DNA of 64,000 nucleotides from the human T2T-CHM13v2.0 reference genome, Homo sapiens, in assembly GCF_009914755.1 (NCBI RefSeq), contig NC_060937.1; one strand, given 5' to 3'. The translations under genes were made by a program, and so were the position numbers. This document shows, one piece after another, positions 59,802 to 64,000 of this stretch. The notes under the pieces are model-generated. The model was not told the origin of the DNA and made no database searches. It saw only the letters and a program-made list of their open reading frames with translations. Every line of letters begins with the position of its first letter. Positions within the stretch are counted from its first letter, which is position 1.

Positions 59802-60241
59802 TCCTGAGTCATTCTTGCAAGGAATTTTACTTGGATAAAAAAGGTCCCTAACAGATAGTGGAAACCCAGATTTTTCTATTTGGCTTTCTTTTAATGAATG
59901 TAGCTATATATTAAATAATGAATAAGTGGAAAAGAAAAGAAGGAAGACATGAAATGAAAGGAAATTTGACAATAGTATGATACATTAAAAGACCTGAGAA
60001 AAGTATGGCAAGATTTAAAGCTTATTATTTGGGGCACATAGAAAGCAATTAAGAAAATGGTTACATGGAAATATTGTTAGTTGCCTCAAAATGGTGCGTA
60101 TCTTTTTTTTTTTTTCTGAGTAATAAACTTGAGACGTTTTTTCTGCTCATAAGAAAGACTACATTTCCGCTTGGCCTAGAAACAAAGTCTGGTCAATCTA
60201 CTGAGGTGGAAATATCACACTGCAGCTTCTGGTAAGCTCCT

Positions 60242-61196
60242 TGTCAAAGATAAATTCTAATGGGCAAAGTTAAATGGGAAAATACCTTATTCAGAACAGT
60301 TGCAATAGGGGAGAGACGTTGAACTCAACTGTGGTTAATCCAAATGGTGGGTGGAGAGTGTTAAGCACTGGGATGGATAGTGGAAAAGTACTATTCATCC
60401 CAGTAATGGAGGAGAGGACACTAGGTAGGGTAGGCTCATCAGTGGGATGCATTGAGCATGTTGAGTTATTCCAGAGTTTGCTAATGTTATCCTCTGTTAT
60501 TAGACCACCTGTGTTTCATAGTTGGTGCCCATCAAAGTTAGGTTCCTATCCTTTCATGGAAACTGATAGCGACTCTTTCTTGATAATTTCACTCCAAAAG
60601 GATAGCTCCTAGGCCTTGAGAAAGACATTCTTGGGTTATAAAACTGGGCAATAGGCTGAGTGAAGGTTTATACACATTTGAAAGGGGCAAGGGAAATATT
60701 TGCAATTACAAGTTTTCTAAGGTAAATACTCTAATAAAAGGGAGGCTAGAGGCCTGTATTAGTTCATTGTCACACTGCTATGAAGAAGTATCTGAGATTG
60801 GGTAATTTATAAAGGAAAGAGGTTTAATTGACTTACAATTCCTCATTGCTGGGGAAGCATCAGGAAACTTATAATCATGGCAGAAGGCAAAGGAGAAGCA
60901 GGCACCTTCTTCACAGGATGGCAGGACAGGGTGAGGGCAAGCAGGGGAAATGCCAGATGCTTATAAAAACATCAAATCTCTTGAGACTCACTCACTATCA
61001 TGAGAACAGCATGGGGGAAATCACCCCATGATGTAATTGCCTCCACCTGGTGGCATCCTTGACACATGGAGATTACAATGTAAGATGAGATTTTGGGTGG
61101 GGACACAACCAAACCATATTCAGGGCCTATAGTCAGAAAGAAACTTGTCTAAATTTTAGTCAAGTTGAGCAAATTGTGAAAGTAGCCTTGATGACA
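60242..61196 (-). mobile_element. ERV1 LTR (MER31/MER67-like) with nested THE1
   Basis: tgtcaaaga...atgaca termini; 'ttgcaatagggga', 'aggccttgagaaagacattc', 'cctatagtcagaaagaaacttgtctaaa'. Confidence 0.7.
60755..61122 (-). mobile_element. THE1D-like MaLR solo LTR
   Basis: 'tgtattagtt...ccaaaccatattca'; TSD aggcc/gggcc. Confidence 0.92.
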
Positions 61197-61536
61197 TTTA
61201 ACAAATTAATAAAAAAGATACATGAATATATGTGACTTTTGGCCTTTATTCTTTTCCTTATTCTTAATAACTGGAAGGTGGAATACTCTTTGGACTATAA
61301 GAATATGGGCTATATTTTGGGTTTACAAGAGATTCTAGGTCTGTGAGGGCTTTTTAGAGAAAAGTATGCCATATTTGTCCTGAAATGCACACCCCCAGAT
61401 ATTCTGAGTGTTTAAACTATTAGGGGAATTTAATATCTCTTACTGGCAGCCGAACATAATCCTAACTGGTAGCGCTTACTTGTTAAATAAAAATGAATCC
61501 AAATAGATTCCAAAATAATATCTCTCACCTTCAGCA

Positions 61537-63299
61537 TGAGGACTAAGCTCTGATTTTTTGTCTTGCCCAAATTCCTACCTAAGGGGTCTGGGGAATCGTG
61601 CCCTACAAACCGTGGATTCTTATCAGATGGGTTTTATTTGACCCTGTGTATTGTGATTTGCCTTTCAATCTGACTCTGGCATAGCAAGATAAGAAAAAAA
61701 TATTTAATTTCAAAATATATTTCCTCACCAAGCCTTGAAATTGCCCTGCTGTTGTGGGAAGTCAGAGACCCCAAATGGAGGGACTGGCTGGAGCTGTGGC
61801 AGAGGAAACATAAATTGTGAAGATTTCATGGACATTTATCAGCTCTCTAATAATACTCTTGTAATTTCTTATGCCTGTCTTACTTTATTCTCTGAATCCT
61901 CTTATCTTCATAAGCTGAGGATGTATATCACCTCAGGACCCTGTGATGATTGCATTAACTGTACAAATGGATGGTAAAACATGTGTGTTTGAACAATATA
62001 ATATGAAATCAGTGCACCTTGAAAATGAACAGAATAACAGCGATTTTAGGGAACAAGGGAAGTTAACCATAAGGTCTGACTGCCTACGGGGTCGGGCGAA
62101 AAAAGCCATATTTTTCTTCTTGCAGAGAGCCTATAAGTAGGAGAGATATCGCCAAATTCTTTCCTAGCAAGGAATAGTAAGACCCTAGGAAAAGAATTGA
62201 ATTCCTGGGGGGAGGTCTATAAATGACCGATCTGGGAGTGTCTGTCTTATGTGGTGGAGATGAGGGCTGAAATACACCCTGGTCTCCTGCAGTACCCTCA
62301 GGCTTATTAGAGTGGGAAAAAAAAACACTCCCTGGTAAATTTGAGATCAGACCAATTCTCTGTTCTTGAACCCTGTTTTCTGTTGTTTAAGATGTTTATC
62401 AAGACAATATGTGCACAGCTGAACATAGACCCTTATTAGGAGTTTTTGATTTTGCCCTTTGCCTTGTGATCTTTATTGGCCTCAGAAGCATGTGATCTTT
62501 GTTCTCCTTTTTGCCCTTTGAAGCATGTGATCCTTGTGACCTACTCCCTGTTCATACACCCCCTCCCCTTTTGAAGTCCTTGATAAAAACCTGCTGGTTT
62601 TGTGGCTTACGTGGGCATCATGGACCTACCAATATGTGATGTCACCCCCAGAGGCCCAGCTGTAAAATTCCTCTCTTTGTACTCTTTCTCTTTATTTCTC
62701 AGACTGGCCAACACTTAGGGAAAATAGAAAGAACCTACGTTGAAATATTGGGGGCAGGTTCCCCTGATACCCTGCAAAGTCTCTTGTGTGAAAAATCCAC
62801 ATTCTATAGAGAATCTCCTTTCCCCTGTGTTTTCCTTTATTTCCAGATCTAGGAGACAATTAACTAAGACCCAGGCACCCTTTTAGGACCCATAAGAAAC
62901 ATTTTACAACTTGCTCTCTCTCTCTCAGTCTGCTGAGAGATTCCTTTGCACAATAAAACTTGGTCCCCACAATCCTTTATCTTAACCTGAACATTCTTTT
63001 CCATTAATCCCAGGTCTTCAGATAAACTCAATCGGAAAATGTTTAAATTTATCTATAGTCTGGAAGCCCCTGCTTTGAGTTGTCCCACCTTTCTGAACCA
63101 AACGAATGTACTTATTCAATGTATTTGATTGATGTCTCATGCCCCCCTAAAATACATAAAACCAAGCTGTACCCTGACCACCTTGGACACAAGGTTCTCA
63201 GGACCTCCTGAGGGCTGTGTCACTGGCCATGGTCACTTGTATTTGGCTCAGAATAAATCTCTTCAAACATTTTATAGAGTTTGTCTCTTTTCATTGGCA
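61537..63299 (+). mobile_element. MER4 (D/E-like) ERV1 LTR split by MER11
   Basis: 'tgaggactaagctctgatttttt...cttgcccaaattcc' start; 'ggacctcctgagggctgtgtcac...aataaatctcttcaaa' end; 3' part resembles the MER4 at 23.9-24.1 kb. Confidence 0.8.
61750..62769 (+). mobile_element. MER11 (HERV-K11/HML-8) solo LTR
   Basis: 'tgttgtgggaagtcagagaccccaaatggagggactggctg' to 'gggggcaggttcccctgata'; 1020 bp; perfect 6-bp TSD ccctgc. Confidence 0.94.
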
Positions 63300-64000
63300 A
63301 CTAACACATGAATTGCCTTTTGAAATCTCTTTATATTTGTTAATTCTGTATTCACATTTATTATGTCTTCTATATATTTTGTTATATATACACATACATA
63401 TCAATTTGTGTGTGAATCCTTTTCCAGCTTGATTCAAAGCTGGATCTTATATTTTGTATACCCCTTAGGGAATTACATGGTAACTACCTATTAGTGATAT
63501 TTGTTTGAATAATTATCTCTATTTTAGTAACATCTATCAGAATTGTGCAGAATTTCTAATATAATATTTTGTGTGTGTTGGATTACATCAGAAAAGATAG
63601 GAGTTTGTGAATAATTGATCGTTTTCTACATGTTATGTTAAACAGTAAAACCAAAAGATAGCAGCTAGCATGGAAGAGTGAAGTGCAATATCTCTTGCTA
63701 AGTGGCTTGATTACTAATTGATTTGGAATAATACTGAAGTAAAAGGCAAAAAGCATACAGGGGAATTTTTTTCATCCTTTAGAAACCTTTGAAGATATCA
63801 ATCTTAACTTTTCTGAGCTTCTTTGTTCAAATAAAATTTTAGCTACTTCAGCATATAGAGAAACTCAAGGTAAAAAGTAATGACCTTTTCAAGCTTGAGC
63901 AAACAGGAAATTTTCTCATTTTTGTTATGGATATTTTATTGAGACCTTTATAACCAAGATAAATAATGTAAAAGCTTAGTGAAGAAATGTGGTCCACAAT

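Overview
Gene-poor, AT-rich primate (human-like, catarrhine) genomic DNA, either intergenic or deep intronic. I find no credible protein-coding exon, RNA gene, CpG island or CRISPR array. The supplied ORFs are chance frames or pieces of Alu, L1 and LTR sequence. The window is a layered retroelement graveyard: 12 Alu copies, an old near-full-length L1MA with an internal deletion, an L1PA4-like 3' end, MIR/L2 relics and many LTRs. The LTR set includes THE1 x5, MLT1 x3, LTR8, LTR1-like, MER41B, MER4 x2, LTR5B, MER11, a two-LTR MSTA provirus and an ERV-L gag-bearing remnant, many nested and with readable target-site duplications (TSDs). The most notable observations are: (1) a tailless AluY fused to a 5'-truncated L1PA4 inside one shared TSD (possible Alu-L1 chimeric retrotranscript); (2) a MER41B with both tandem STAT/GAS motifs intact; (3) a piggyBac MER75 apparently inserted at a non-canonical ATAA site within an MSTA LTR; (4) a recurrent set of short perfect or overlapping palindromes that look like template-switch products; (5) a dispersed ~70-bp local duplication. 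I do not see evidence for a new biological system. Family names come from recalled consensus sequences, not from a database search.
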